From: Acidimicrobiales bacterium
Lineage (GTDB): Bacteria; Actinomycetota; Acidimicrobiia; Acidimicrobiales; Iamiaceae
Assembly (NCBI GenBank): GCA_030447445.1
Contig: JAUJOW010000005.1
Location: 96,053-160,052, forward strand
DNA length: 64,000 nucleotides
Reading direction: 5' to 3'
The notes under the pieces were generated by a model. It searched no databases. It had not been told where the DNA came from and saw only the letters and a program-made list of their open reading frames with translations. Positions 38,195-48,518 of this stretch are shown piece by piece; positions within the stretch are counted from its first letter, which is position 1; every line of letters starts with the position of its first letter. A program made the translations under genes and the position numbers.

Positions 38195-39154
38195 TTGGCC
38201 ATCGAAGCCATCGACCTGCTCAACCGTCGCCTCCTCTTCGTCACCGGCAAGGGGGGCGTCGGCAAGACCACCGTGGCCGCCGGCCTCGGCCTGCTCGCCG
38301 CCGAGCGGGGGCTGCGCACGCTGGTGTGCGAGGTCGACGCCAAGGGCGGTCTGGCCGACTTCTTCGAGGCGCCCACGACCGACTTCACCCCTCGCGAGGT
38401 GCAGCCTCGGCTCTTCGCCATGTCCATGGACACCGAGGAGTCGCTGAAGGAGTACCTGAGCCTGCAGCTCAAGATCCCGCTCATCGCCCGGGTCGGACCC
38501 CTCGCCCGTACCTTCGACTTCATCGCCACCGCCGCCCCCGGGGTGAAGGAGATCCTGACCGTCGGCAAGCTGTGCTGGGAGGTGCGCGAGCGCCACTACG
38601 ACCTCGTGGTCGTCGATGCCGTGGCCAGCGGCCACATCGTCGGCCAGCTCGCCGCCCCGCAGGGCATCAACGAGCTGGTGCAGGTCGGCCTCGTCCGCAA
38701 CCAGACGGGGTGGATGATCGACATCCTGCGCGACCCGACCCAGACCGGCGTGGTGATCGTCTCGGCGCCCGAGGAGATGCCGGTCAACGAGACGATCGAG
38801 CTGGCCGCCCGCATCGACGCCGAGACCGACGTCGACCTCGCCGCCGTGGTCGTCAACCGGGTCCTGCCCGAGCTGTTCTCCCGAGCCGAGGAGGAGGTCT
38901 TCGAGCGGCTCCGCGAGCCCGACCGGGTCGCCACCCTCAGCCGGGTGGTCGACGGCGACGTCGGCCCGGTGCTCGACGGCGCCGAGCTGGCCGTCACCCT
39001 CCGCCGCACCCGGGCCGGTCACCTCACCACCCTGCGAGAGCGCCTGCCCGACGACCTGGCCATGCTCTACCTGCCGTACCAGTTCGCCAGGACCCAGGGG
39101 ATGCGAGCCACCCGCCGGATCGCCGAGTCGCTCGGCGAGGAGCTGGGCTTCTGA
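38195..39154 (+). CDS. ArsA/GET3-family ATPase (first of pair)
   Basis: LLFVTGKGGVGKTTVAAGLG P-loop and ArsA-like DVVASGH region. Pairs with the next gene, as in the mycobacterial Rv3679/Rv3680 pair (locus tags from memory). Confidence 0.85.
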   Translation: MAIEAIDLLNRRLLFVTGKGGVGKTTVAAGLGLLAAERGLRTLVCEVDAKGGLADFFEAPTTDFTPREVQPRLFAMSMDTEESLKEYLSLQLKIPLIARVGPLARTFDFIATAAPGVKEILTVGKLCWEVRERHYDLVVVDAVASGHIVGQLAAPQGINELVQVGLVRNQTGWMIDILRDPTQTGVVIVSAPEEMPVNETIELAARIDAETDVDLAAVVVNRVLPELFSRAEEEVFERLREPDRVATLSRVVDGDVGPVLDGAELAVTLRRTRAGHLTTLRERLPDDLAMLYLPYQFARTQGMRATRRIAESLGEELGF

Positions 39155-40344
39155 TGGCGGCGCCGACGAGGACGCCGGTGGAGGGCGACGAGGACCGGGC
39201 CCGCACGCTCGAGCAGCTCCTGGCGGCCAAGGAGATCGCCATCAGCTGCGGGGCGGGTGGGGTGGGCAAGACCACCGCCGCCGCCGCCCTCGGCGCCATG
39301 GCCGCCACCCACCTCGGGGGCAAGGTGTTGGTGCTCACCGTCGACCCGGCTCGACGGCTGGCCAACGCCCTCGGGCTCGAGCAGTTCGGCAACACCGAGA
39401 TCCGGGTGCCCGACGCGGCGTTCGCCGCATCGGGGGTCGAGCCGCGGGGCGAGCTGTGGGCGGCCATGCTCGACACCAAGCGGTCCTGGGACGACCTCGT
39501 GCGTCGCCACGCCCCGGACCCCCGCACCCGTGACGCCATCCTTCGCAACTCGCTCTACGAGAACATCACCGGCCGCTTCGTGCAGAGCCACGACTACATC
39601 GCCATGGAGCGGCTCTACGAGATCCACACGTCGGGCGCCTACGACCTGATCGTGGTGGACACCCCTCCGACCCGCAACGCCATCGACTTCCTCGAGGCCC
39701 CCGAGCGCATGAGCGAGTTCTTCAGCAGCCGCCTGCTGCGGTGGCTGACGGCGCCGTCGAAGTCCCGGGTGCTGTCCATGGCCTCGAAGCCCTTCTATCG
39801 GGTGGCCGACACCATCCTCGGGTCACAGTTCCTCGGCGACATCGCCGAGTTCTTCTCCCTGTTCCAGACCATGGCGCCGGGCTTCGTGCAGCGGGCCGAC
39901 GCGGTGGCCCGCACGCTGTCGGACCGGCGCACCACCTTCCTGGTCGTGTCCACCCTCGAGTCGGCCCCCGTGCGGGAGGCCGAGTTCTTCATCGCCGAGC
40001 TCGACGCCCGAGGCCTGCACCTCGGTGCCGTCGTGCTCAACAAGGTCCTGCCCGCCTACCTGCGTCGCACGGCCACCACCGGCGTGGCCCGCCGCCTCTG
40101 CGCCGACGCCGACACCATCGCTGTCAAGGTGGCCGACGGCGTGGCCCCGCCGGACCAGGTGGCCCGGGTGCTGCACGAGGTGGGGGAGAGCTTCCTCAAC
40201 TACCAGGTGGTGGCCAAGCGGGAGTCCGAGCAGCGGGCCGAGATGGCCCGCACCCCCGACCTGGTCGCCACGGTCCCCTACTTCGACGCCGACATCCACG
40301 ACCTCGGCGGCCTGCTCCGCCTCGGTGAGCAGATCTGGCGGTAG
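39154..40344 (+). CDS. ArsA/GET3-family ATPase (second of pair)
   Basis: TGATG overlap with the previous gene. ISCGAGGVGKTTAAAALG P-loop, LTVDPARRLANALG and VVDTPPTRNAIDFL. Confidence 0.85.
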   Translation: MAAPTRTPVEGDEDRARTLEQLLAAKEIAISCGAGGVGKTTAAAALGAMAATHLGGKVLVLTVDPARRLANALGLEQFGNTEIRVPDAAFAASGVEPRGELWAAMLDTKRSWDDLVRRHAPDPRTRDAILRNSLYENITGRFVQSHDYIAMERLYEIHTSGAYDLIVVDTPPTRNAIDFLEAPERMSEFFSSRLLRWLTAPSKSRVLSMASKPFYRVADTILGSQFLGDIAEFFSLFQTMAPGFVQRADAVARTLSDRRTTFLVVSTLESAPVREAEFFIAELDARGLHLGAVVLNKVLPAYLRRTATTGVARRLCADADTIAVKVADGVAPPDQVARVLHEVGESFLNYQVVAKRESEQRAEMARTPDLVATVPYFDADIHDLGGLLRLGEQIWR

Positions 40345-40504
40345 TCAGCGGGCTTCCACGAGCAGGCTCTGCACGGCACGACCGATGAAGCCCCGCTCGT
40401 CGTACAACGTGCTCTCGGCCAGGCCCGACCCCGTGGCCCCCAGGTGGGTGGCCGCCTCGATCCGGGCCGGAGTGGCTGCCTCCGCCCTGCCTACGATCGG
40501 GTCG

Positions 40505-41983
40505 ATGACGAGCTTCGCCGAGGTCGCCAAGATCGAGACCCGGCTGGCTCCCGGCGCCGTCGGGCACCTGCAGCGGCTCGTGGCGTCGTGGGGCCTCGTG
40601 GCCGACTTCTGCTTCTCCGACCTCCTGCTGTTCGTCCCCACCGACGACCACGGCACCCGGTTCGTCATCGCCGGCCAGGTGCGCCCCACCACCAACCAGA
40701 CCCTCTACCGTCACGACCTGGTCGGCGAGGTCACCGATGAGGTGGCCCGGCCCCTCATCGCCCGGTCGCACCGCCTCGGTGAGATCATCGAGGGGGAGGT
40801 CACCGACCCCGTCATCAGGGAACGGGTCCGGATGTTGTGCATCCCGGTGCGCCACAACAGGACCGGCATCGCCGTGCTGTCCCGGGACTCGGCGCCGTCG
40901 GTGGGACGGGCGTCGGGTGAGCTCGAGCGCACCTACGTCGACATCTTCAACCGGTTCGCCCGGATGATCGCCGCCGGGGAGTTTCCGTACCCGGTCGAGG
41001 CCGGCGAAGGCGAGGAGGCCCTACGGGTGGGCGACGGCTGCCTCCTGCTCGACCGGTCGGCCCGGGTCAGTTACGCGTCGCCCAACGCCGTGTCCACGCT
41101 GCACCGCGTCGGCATCCACGCCAACACCGAGGGTCTGCGCCTCGGCGAGCTCGGCCTGCCCGACGACGCCGTGCGCACCACCTTCGCGGTGGCCGTGCCC
41201 GTCACCGAGGAGATCGAGTCGGCGGCCGGCGTCACCGTGCTGGTGCGTTGCATCCCGTTGCTCGAGCAGGGCCGGGTGGCTGCCGCGGTGGTGCTCCTGC
41301 GCGACGTGTCGGAGCTGCGGAGCCGCGACAAGCTCCTCATGTCGAAGGACGCCACCATCCGCGAGATCCACCACCGGGTGAAGAACAACCTCCAGACCAT
41401 CTCCTCCCTGCTGCGCCTGCAGGGCCGCCGGCTCGACTCGAGCGAGGCCAAGGGGGCCATCGAGGAGTCGGTGCGGCGGATATCCTCCATCGCCCTCGTC
41501 CACGAGACGCTGTCCCGGGAAGCCGGTGAGGACGTCCCCTTCGCCGACATCGTGGGCCCGCTGGTGCGGATGGTGCAGGACGAGCTCGTGTCGCCCGACC
41601 ACGCCGTGTCCTTCACGGTGGAGGGGGACCCGGGCACGCTGCCCGCGCTCGTGGCCACGCCGATGTCGGTCGTGTTGAACGAGCTCCTGCAGAACACCGT
41701 CGACCACGCCTTCCCGGCCGACGGGGACGGGTCCCGGCGCGAGGGTCACGTCCTGGTGGAGATGGCCAACGACGAGCGCGAGCTCCTGGTCAGGGTGACC
41801 GATGACGGCGTCGGGCTCCCCGAGGGGTTCACGGTGGGGTCGGCCAAGGGCCTCGGGCTGTCGATCGTGCGGGCCCTCGTCACCTCGGACCTGGGCGGGA
41901 CCATCGACATGTTCGAGCCGGTCGACGGTGGGCCGGGCACGGTGGTCGAGCTCAGGGTGCCGCTCGAACCCGTCTCCCGGTGA
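40505..41983 (+). CDS. pdtaS: PdtaS-type GAF-PAS sensor histidine kinase (HisKA_2/HWE-like)
   Basis: The N-terminus MTSFAEVAKIETRLAPGAVGHLQRLVASWGLVADFCFSDLLLFV aligns from residue 1 with my memory of M. tuberculosis PdtaS. H-box KDATIREIHHRVKNNLQTISSLLRLQ. Confidence 0.85.
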   Translation: MTSFAEVAKIETRLAPGAVGHLQRLVASWGLVADFCFSDLLLFVPTDDHGTRFVIAGQVRPTTNQTLYRHDLVGEVTDEVARPLIARSHRLGEIIEGEVTDPVIRERVRMLCIPVRHNRTGIAVLSRDSAPSVGRASGELERTYVDIFNRFARMIAAGEFPYPVEAGEGEEALRVGDGCLLLDRSARVSYASPNAVSTLHRVGIHANTEGLRLGELGLPDDAVRTTFAVAVPVTEEIESAAGVTVLVRCIPLLEQGRVAAAVVLLRDVSELRSRDKLLMSKDATIREIHHRVKNNLQTISSLLRLQGRRLDSSEAKGAIEESVRRISSIALVHETLSREAGEDVPFADIVGPLVRMVQDELVSPDHAVSFTVEGDPGTLPALVATPMSVVLNELLQNTVDHAFPADGDGSRREGHVLVEMANDERELLVRVTDDGVGLPEGFTVGSAKGLGLSIVRALVTSDLGGTIDMFEPVDGGPGTVVELRVPLEPVSR

Positions 41984-42002
41984 CGCGGGGACGAGCCTCG
42001 GG

Positions 42003-42299
42003 TCAGGCGCTGCGGCGCTGGCGGGCCTGGTACTGCTTGCGGAGCCCTCGGCGCTCCTCCTCGGATGTGCCGCCCCAGATGCCGGAGTCCTGGTTCGTGG
42101 CCAGTGCGTACTCGAGGCAGGCGGCCTGGGCGTCGCATCGGCGACACACGGCCTTGGCCGAGTCGATCTGTTCGATGGCGGGACCGGTGGTGCCCACCGG
42201 GAAGAACAGGTCGGGGTCCGTGTCACGGCAGGCAGCGTTGCGGCGCCACTCGTCGGATGCCAGCGTCAGCGTCAACAGATGGCTCGCGCTCAGCGCCAC
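42003..42299 (-). CDS. whiB: WhiB-family Fe-S transcription factor (WhiB1-like by synteny with pdtaS)
   Basis: Four Cys (AACRDTDPDLFFP...AVCRRCDAQAACLEYAL) plus the GIWGG turn and a basic tail. The N-terminal ~15 aa may be over-extended. Confidence 0.9.
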   Translation of the reverse strand: MALSASHLLTLTLASDEWRRNAACRDTDPDLFFPVGTTGPAIEQIDSAKAVCRRCDAQAACLEYALATNQDSGIWGGTSEEERRGLRKQYQARQRRSA

Positions 42300-42330
42300 A
42301 GGTTCCTCCAGGCTGGGCCACGACGGGGTT

Positions 42331-42346
42331 CGTGACCGCTTTCACA
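42331..42346. promoter_or_regulatory. Candidate CRP/FNR-family (cAMP receptor protein) binding site upstream of whiB
   Basis: CGTGACCGCTTTCACA matches TGTGA-N6-TCACA at 9 of 10 half-site positions. Lies 32-47 nt upstream of the annotated whiB start. Confidence 0.45.
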
Positions 42347-42452
42347 TGCTGTCGCACCCACGGGCTTCGGGTATGCGCAGCGAGATGCCAGGCTACCCGC
42401 CGATGCTCACTCCTGCAAGCACTTCTTGCGGGGTCGTGCGGGAATCCGGGCC

Positions 42453-43157
42453 GTGACGGTCCCCGCCATCATCGCCCACCGGGGTGCCTCCGCCGCCTTC
42501 CCCGAGAACACGGTCGAGGCCTTTGCCGGAGCCCGTGCGCTCGGCGCCGACGGCGTCGAGCTCGACGTGCGCCGCAGCGCCGACGGCGCCCTGGTGGTCC
42601 ACCACGACTTCACGCTCCCCGACGGCCGCCTGCTGGTCGAGACGGCGACCGCCGACCTCCCCGCCCACCTCCCGTCGCTGGGTGTGGCCCTCGACGCCTG
42701 TGCCGGGATGACCGTCAACGTCGAGATAAAGAACTGGCCGGCTGACCCCGACTTCGACCCGAGCGAGACGGTCACCGACGGCGTCGTGGCCCTCCTCGCC
42801 GAGCACCCGGTCAGGAGCGCCGTGCTCGTGTCCTCGTTCCACCTGCCCACCATCGACCGCGTGCGCCACCTCGACGCCGAGCTGGCCACCGCCTTCCTGT
42901 TCGCCCACATGGACCCTGCCACGGCGCTCGACCTGGCCGTCGACCACGGCCACCGGGTCCTGCACCCCTGGGACGGCCGGGTGAGCGAAGGGTTGGTCGC
43001 CGCCGCCCACGACCGCGCCGTGGCCGTCAACACCTGGACCGTCGACGACCCCGCCCGCATGGTCGAGCTGGCCCGGTGGGGCGTCGACGGCGTCGTGACC
43101 AACGTGCCCGACGTGGCCCGGGCGACGCTGGGTGGCGGAGATGAGCGGCCGGGCTAG
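42453..43157 (+). CDS. Glycerophosphodiester phosphodiesterase (GDPD family)
   Basis: VPAIIAHRGASAAFPENTVEAFAGARALGADGVELDVRRSADGALVVHHD. Start is GTG 42453 (TTG 42426 also possible). Confidence 0.85.
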   Translation: MTVPAIIAHRGASAAFPENTVEAFAGARALGADGVELDVRRSADGALVVHHDFTLPDGRLLVETATADLPAHLPSLGVALDACAGMTVNVEIKNWPADPDFDPSETVTDGVVALLAEHPVRSAVLVSSFHLPTIDRVRHLDAELATAFLFAHMDPATALDLAVDHGHRVLHPWDGRVSEGLVAAAHDRAVAVNTWTVDDPARMVELARWGVDGVVTNVPDVARATLGGGDERPG

Positions 43158-43870
43158 CGGCCGAGCAGGCCGCCGAGGGCACCGCCGGCCGGCGAGCCGG
43201 TCTGGGCGCCGCCCTGGTTCATGGTGGCGAGATCGAGCTCGCTCGGCTGCACGATGACCCACCCCTGGCCGGCGAAGCTGAGCTGCACCGCTTCGCCCGT
43301 GCCCCGGCCGATCAGACCGCTCATCTTGAACGACCGGGCCACGTTGGTCTGCAGGTTGGCCGACCAGCAGACCACGGCGTTGGAGTCCACGTAGGTGGGG
43401 GCGTCGGTGGCCAGCACCACCGGGGTGCCGTGCGAGGTGATGGCCACCCACCCCGTGCCCCGGATGATGGTGTTGAAGAGCCCACCGGACATCATGCCGG
43501 CACCCTGGATCATGTGGACGTCGACGTCCATGCTCGAGTCGTAGGCCAAGACGTTGCGCCCGTTGATGCTGATGGCGTCGCCCTCGAGGTAGATGAGGTG
43601 GACGTCGCGGCTCTGGTCGGCGAAGAACACGTCGGCCTGGCCGGTCACCGACATGGTGGCCACGCCCTCGCCGGTGAGCTTCTGCTTGAGCATCTTCCCG
43701 ATGCCGCCGGCGCCCTGGTAGTTGAAGTCGGCCTGGCCCTGGTAGGCCACCATCGACCCCTGGCGGGCGGTGACGGTGCCGTTGAGCTTCACCTTCAAGA
43801 GCTTCGAGTTCTGCAACGCGAACTGCTGCTCGGAGGTTGACTCGGTGTTCTGAAAGAGGTCGCTCTTCAT
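43154..43870 (-). CDS. AIM24 family (DUF124) protein
   Basis: ATG 43870 gives MKSDLFQNTESTSEQQFALQNSKLLKVKLNGTVTARQGSMVAYQG..., with a Gly-rich C-terminal tail. ATGA overlap with the upstream kinase stop. Confidence 0.8.
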   Translation of the reverse strand: MKSDLFQNTESTSEQQFALQNSKLLKVKLNGTVTARQGSMVAYQGQADFNYQGAGGIGKMLKQKLTGEGVATMSVTGQADVFFADQSRDVHLIYLEGDAISINGRNVLAYDSSMDVDVHMIQGAGMMSGGLFNTIIRGTGWVAITSHGTPVVLATDAPTYVDSNAVVCWSANLQTNVARSFKMSGLIGRGTGEAVQLSFAGQGWVIVQPSELDLATMNQGGAQTGSPAGGALGGLLGR

Positions 43871-44847
43871 GACCGAGAAGGTACGCAGGCAGCCGCCGAC
43901 GCGCCAGCGCCTGCTCCCGGCAGGAGCGACGGATCGGGCACCACGAGGCACAGCGCATCGGGTTGGTGGCGGAACACCAGCCGCTCGGTGTCGCCGAGGT
44001 GGTCACCGTCGACCTGGTAGGGGAAAGGTCCGTGGCCGGTGACGGTGAGGCTGGCGAGGTCGCTGCGCTCGTCGACGAAGCGGAGGCGGCCGAGGCCGCC
44101 ACCTCCTCGCAGGGCCTTGGCGGCCAGGCGGACGATGGCGTCGAAGCGCATCGTGCGCACGCAGACGGCGACGAGGCCGCGGTCGAGGGTGGCGGTCGGG
44201 GCGACGTCGAGGGGGCGGTTGCCGAGGTAGGTGTAGGGGTTGGCGTTGAGCACGAGGGCGAAGGAGACGTCGTCGACGACGGTGCCGTCGGCGTGGGCGA
44301 CCGAGAACCGGGGGCGGGTGCGGTCGTAGTGGCGGAACCAGGTGGAGAAGGCGGAGTAGATGAAGAGCGGGTGGCCGAGGTAGCGCTTGGCTCCGGGCCG
44401 CCGTTCGACCTGGGCCACCACGGCGGCGTCGAACCCGAGCCCGACGTGGAAGAGGAAGTACCGGCCGTTCACCGAGCCGAGCCCGACCGGACGGACCGAA
44501 CCGCGGGCGAGGGCGTCGAGCAGGTCCGAGGTGGCCTCGATCGGGTCGTTGGGCAGCCCGAGGGTGCGGGCGAACACGTTGGTCGACCCCCCCGGTAGGG
44601 GGGCGAGGGCGCAACCGGTGCCGGCCAGGCCGTTGGCGGCCTCGTTCAGCGTGCCGTCGCCGCCGAGCACCACCACCACCTCGACGCCGTCGGCCGCCGC
44701 CCCCCTGGCCAGCCTGGTGGCATGGCCCCGCCGGCTGGTCTCGGCCAGCGCCACGTCGTGGTCGGCCGACAGGGCCTTGCCGATCACCACCCGGGCCCGG
44801 GCGGTGACCGACGACGCCGACGAGTTGACCAGGAGAAGCACCTTCAA
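43867..44847 (-). CDS. Diacylglycerol kinase-family lipid kinase (YegS/BmrU-like)
   Basis: MKVLLLVNSSASS..., with GGDGTLNEAANGL and PLPGGSTNVFARTLG motifs. Confidence 0.85.
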   Translation of the reverse strand: MKVLLLVNSSASSVTARARVVIGKALSADHDVALAETSRRGHATRLARGAAADGVEVVVVLGGDGTLNEAANGLAGTGCALAPLPGGSTNVFARTLGLPNDPIEATSDLLDALARGSVRPVGLGSVNGRYFLFHVGLGFDAAVVAQVERRPGAKRYLGHPLFIYSAFSTWFRHYDRTRPRFSVAHADGTVVDDVSFALVLNANPYTYLGNRPLDVAPTATLDRGLVAVCVRTMRFDAIVRLAAKALRGGGGLGRLRFVDERSDLASLTVTGHGPFPYQVDGDHLGDTERLVFRHQPDALCLVVPDPSLLPGAGAGASAAACVPSRS

Positions 44848-44921
44848 GGTCGGCGACCGTACCGTGCCCGCTCGACCGGCGGATTTGGCCGGGTACGGGG
44901 GGCCCGACAGAATCGCCGACC

Positions 44922-45701
44922 ATGAACGTGGTCGTCTGTGTCAAGCAGATCCCTGATCCCGCCGATCCGGGGGCCCTCGAAGAGGACCACACCCTGAAGC
45001 GGGACGGCAAGCTGATCCTCGACGAGTCCGACTCCTACGGCGTCGAGATGGCCCTGCAGCTCGCCGACGCCGCCGGCGGGGGCGACGTCACGCTCGTGTC
45101 CATGGCCCCCAACAACGAGACCAGCGGACTGCGCACGGCGCTCGCCATGGGAGCAGCCAAGGCCGTCCTGGTGAGCGACGATGCCTTGTCCGGCGCCGGC
45201 GCCCTGGACACCGCCAAGGTGCTGGCCGCCGCCATCAAGCGGGTGGAGGGTGCCGACCTCATCCTCGCCGCCACCGAGTCCTCCGACGGCTACACCGGCA
45301 CGGTCCCCGAGCAGATCGCCGCCGTGCTCGACCTCCCCTCGGTCACCTTCGCCAAGCACGTGGAGGTGGCCGACGGCACGGTGAAGGTGCAACGCCAGAC
45401 CGAGTCCGGGTTCGACGAGTGCGAGGCCCCGCTGCCCGCCCTCGTATCGGTGACCGCCGGTGTGGTGGAGCCCCGCTACCCATCCTTCAAGGGCATCATG
45501 GCGGCCAAGTCGAAGCCCGTCGACCAGGTCACCGTGGCCGACCTCGGCCTCGACCCCTCCGCCGTCGGCTGGGCCGGCGCCGGCCAGGAGATCGTCGACG
45601 TGAGCCCCGCGCCCGAGCGCCAGGCCGGCGAGGTCATCGAGGACGAGGGCGACGCCCACCAGAAGATCGTCGAGTTCCTCGACGGGCTCAAGGTTCTCTG
45701 A
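44922..45701 (+). CDS. etfB: Electron transfer flavoprotein beta subunit
   Basis: MNVVVCVKQIPDPADPG... and the typical EtfB pattern through the C-terminal arm. Confidence 0.9.
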   Translation: MNVVVCVKQIPDPADPGALEEDHTLKRDGKLILDESDSYGVEMALQLADAAGGGDVTLVSMAPNNETSGLRTALAMGAAKAVLVSDDALSGAGALDTAKVLAAAIKRVEGADLILAATESSDGYTGTVPEQIAAVLDLPSVTFAKHVEVADGTVKVQRQTESGFDECEAPLPALVSVTAGVVEPRYPSFKGIMAAKSKPVDQVTVADLGLDPSAVGWAGAGQEIVDVSPAPERQAGEVIEDEGDAHQKIVEFLDGLKVL

Positions 45702-45713
45702 GGAGGAACGCAC

Positions 45714-46682
45714 ATGGCTCTCTCCAAGGTCTGGGTGCTGGCCGAGTCGAGCGACGGCACCGTCGCGCCGATCACCCTCGAGATGCTGGCCGCCGCCCGA
45801 GGCCTGGCCGACGCCGTGGAGTGCGTCTACGGCGGCGACGGGGCCGAGGTGGCCGAGACCGTGGGCGCCCACGGCGCCAGCCGGGTCCTGGCCACCGGAC
45901 CGCTCGAGGGCAAGCTCAAGGGTCCCCACCTCGCCGCCGCGATGGTCCAGGCCATCCAGGGTGGCGACGCCCCCGACCTCATCATGGTCGGCACCACCTA
46001 CGACGGCCGCGACGTCGCCGGCCGCCTGTCGGTGAAGCTCGACAAGCCGGTGGTGACCAACAACACGGCGGTGGAGGTCGACGGCGACACCGTGGTGGTG
46101 TCCGAGCCCATCTTCGGCGGCACCCAGATCGTCAAGACAAGGTTCACCGCTGGGCCCCCTGCGCTCGCCGTGTTCCGGCCGAAGTCCTTCGTGGCCGAGG
46201 AGAGCGGCGGCGGCCCCGCCGAGGTGGCCGCCGTGTCGGTGCCCGACGTCGGTGCCGCCGGTGCCGCCAAGGTCCTCGAGCGCCACGTCGAGGAGCACAG
46301 CGGCCCCAAGCTCGACGAGGCTGCCGTCGTCGTGTCCGGTGGGCGCGGCCTCGGCGAGGCGGCGAAGTTCCAGATCATCGAGGACCTGGCCAAGGCCCTG
46401 AAGGGGGCCCCGGGCGCGTCACGGGCCATCGTCGACGCCGGCTGGGTGCCCTACTCCTACCAGGTCGGCCAGACCGGCAAGGTCGTGAAGCCCGACGTCT
46501 ACCTGGCCGCCGGCATCTCCGGCGCCACCCAGCACATGGTGGGCATGAAGGGCTCGAAGAACATCGTGGCCATCAACAAGGACCCCGAGGCCCCGATCTT
46601 CGGCATCGCCGACCTCGGCATCGTGGGTGATGTCCACAAGGTCCTCCCGAAGTTGCTCGAGGCGCTCCAGGCCAAAGCCTGA
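45714..46682 (+). CDS. etfA: Electron transfer flavoprotein alpha subunit
   Basis: C-terminal FAD-binding signature [43 protein letters not shown]. Confidence 0.9.
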   Translation: MALSKVWVLAESSDGTVAPITLEMLAAARGLADAVECVYGGDGAEVAETVGAHGASRVLATGPLEGKLKGPHLAAAMVQAIQGGDAPDLIMVGTTYDGRDVAGRLSVKLDKPVVTNNTAVEVDGDTVVVSEPIFGGTQIVKTRFTAGPPALAVFRPKSFVAEESGGGPAEVAAVSVPDVGAAGAAKVLERHVEEHSGPKLDEAAVVVSGGRGLGEAAKFQIIEDLAKALKGAPGASRAIVDAGWVPYSYQVGQTGKVVKPDVYLAAGISGATQHMVGMKGSKNIVAINKDPEAPIFGIADLGIVGDVHKVLPKLLEALQAKA

Positions 46683-46706
46683 GCTCCGGCCCGCCGCCAC
46701 CCTACG

Positions 46707-47171
46707 GTGGTGCCCGTGCCTGAGATCACGCCTCGGCTGAGGTGGCTGCGCCGAGGGGGCAAGCGTGGGGCCCGGGGGAGGGTGGTGCTCCTCGAGCTCG
46801 GTGGCCCCGTCGACGTGCCCTGCCGGCTCCGGCGCACGTCGTCGCGGGGGTGGGGGGCCTGGATGGCCGGCACGTTGCACCTTCGCGGGGTCGGCGTCGA
46901 CCACGCCACCTTCACCGCCGACGACCCCGGCGCGGTGGCGCTCGTCAGCGCCGTCGGGGCCGCACCGGTGCCCCTCGCCGACGCCACCAAGGTGGCGCTG
47001 CGGCCGGTGCGGTTCAAGGGCGAGGCCTTCTTCGGGTCTCCGGCCGAGATCGTCGTGTTCACCACGGACCGCCACATCACCGAGTTGGCGGTGGCGCCCG
47101 AGGAGACCGGGGCGGTGCGCTCCCGCCTCGCCGCCCTCTCGACGGGCCGCCCCGTCACCGACGCCTCGTAG
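46707..47171 (+). CDS. Hypothetical protein
   Basis: 154-aa ORF (GTG start) with consistently G/C-rich third codon positions. I recognise no motif. Confidence 0.45.
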   Translation: MVPVPEITPRLRWLRRGGKRGARGRVVLLELGGPVDVPCRLRRTSSRGWGAWMAGTLHLRGVGVDHATFTADDPGAVALVSAVGAAPVPLADATKVALRPVRFKGEAFFGSPAEIVVFTTDRHITELAVAPEETGAVRSRLAALSTGRPVTDAS

Positions 47172-47174
47172 ACG

Positions 47175-48491
47175 TTGCCCGCCGTGCGCACGAGAGGGGG
47201 GGTCTGGCGGAACTGGGCCGGCAACCAGCACTGCGCCCCCCACGCCGTCGAGCGGCCCACCACGGAGGCGGAGCTGATCGCCGTGGTCGAGCGGGCCGCC
47301 GCCGCCGGGCGCGGCGTCAAGGCGGTCGGCGCCGGGCACAGCTTCACCGCCGTCGCCTGCACCGACGGCCACCTCGTCGACCTGTCGGGGTACGACCGGG
47401 TGCTGGCCGCCGACCCGGCCGCCCACCGGGTCACCGTCGAGGCCGGGATCACGCTCCATCGCCTCAACGGCGAGCTGGCCAGCCGCGGCCTGGCCCTCGA
47501 GAACCTCGGGGACATCGCCTACCAGTCGGTGGCCGGCGCCATCGCCACCGCCACCCACGGCACCGGCATCGCTTTCGGGGGCCTGGCCACCACCGTTGTC
47601 GGGCTGCGCCTCGTGACTGGCGACGGCACGGTGGTCGACTGCTCGCCCGATGCCGAGCGCGCCGTGTGGACGGCGGCCCGGGTCGGCGTGGGGGCCCTTG
47701 GCGTCGTGTCGAGGGTGACGCTGCAGTGCGTGCCTGCCTTCAACCTCCACGCCGTGGAGGAGGCCCGCCCGGTCGACGAGGTGCTGGACGACCTCGACGC
47801 CCTCGTGGACGGCAACGACCACTTCGAGTTCTTCTGGATCCCGGGCACCCGCTGGGCGCTGACGAAGCGCAACCGCCGCACCTCCGAACCGGCCCGGCCC
47901 CGCCGCCGATGGCAGGCCTTCCGCAGCGATGTGGTGGCCGACAACCTCGCCTTCGGGGCCATGCTGCGGGTCGGGCGCCACCGACCCGACTGGGTGCCCC
48001 GCATCGCCCGCCGCATCCCGTCGGCCGGGCGGCAGGACTACGTCGAACGAAGCGACCGGGTCTTCGCCAGTCCCCGCCTGGTCCGGTTCCTGGAGATGGA
48101 GTACGCCGTGCCGCGGGAGGCGTTCCCGTCGGCCTTCGCCGCCGTGCGGGCGCTGGAGCGGCGCATCGGCGTGCCCGTCGGGTTCCCGGTGGAGTGCCGG
48201 TTCACCGCCGGTGACGACATCCCGCTGTCGACCGCATCAGGCCGCGACACCGCCTACATCGCCGTCCACGTCGGCACCGGGGCTCCCCACGACCAGTACT
48301 TCACCGGGGTCGAGGCGATCATGGACGAACACGACGGCCGCCCCCACTGGGGCAAGCTGCACTACCAGCGGGCCGCCACCCTCGCCCCCCGCTACCCCCG
48401 GTGGGACGACTTCCAGGCCGTCCGGGCCCGCCTCGATCCCGCCGGTCGCTTCGCCAACCCCTACACCGACCGCGTGCTGGGGAGCTGCTGA
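47175..48491 (+). CDS. FAD-linked L-gulono-/D-arabinono-1,4-lactone oxidase/dehydrogenase family protein
   Basis: [28 protein letters not shown]...GAGHSF (FAD_binding_4) and a C-terminal ALO domain (GRPHWGK...FANPY). Confidence 0.85.
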   Translation: MPAVRTRGGVWRNWAGNQHCAPHAVERPTTEAELIAVVERAAAAGRGVKAVGAGHSFTAVACTDGHLVDLSGYDRVLAADPAAHRVTVEAGITLHRLNGELASRGLALENLGDIAYQSVAGAIATATHGTGIAFGGLATTVVGLRLVTGDGTVVDCSPDAERAVWTAARVGVGALGVVSRVTLQCVPAFNLHAVEEARPVDEVLDDLDALVDGNDHFEFFWIPGTRWALTKRNRRTSEPARPRRRWQAFRSDVVADNLAFGAMLRVGRHRPDWVPRIARRIPSAGRQDYVERSDRVFASPRLVRFLEMEYAVPREAFPSAFAAVRALERRIGVPVGFPVECRFTAGDDIPLSTASGRDTAYIAVHVGTGAPHDQYFTGVEAIMDEHDGRPHWGKLHYQRAATLAPRYPRWDDFQAVRARLDPAGRFANPYTDRVLGSC

Positions 48492-48518
48492 CCCACTTCC
48501 GGCTGGGATCCCCGATGC

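Noticed and set aside
46700-46770. TPP-riboswitch-like GGTGCC...CTGAGA string downstream of etfA
   Set aside because: The other conserved riboswitch elements, including the ACCTGATCTGGATAATGCCAGCG-type pyrimidine-sensor helix, are absent. The stretch is also the start of a coding-like ORF (46707-47171).
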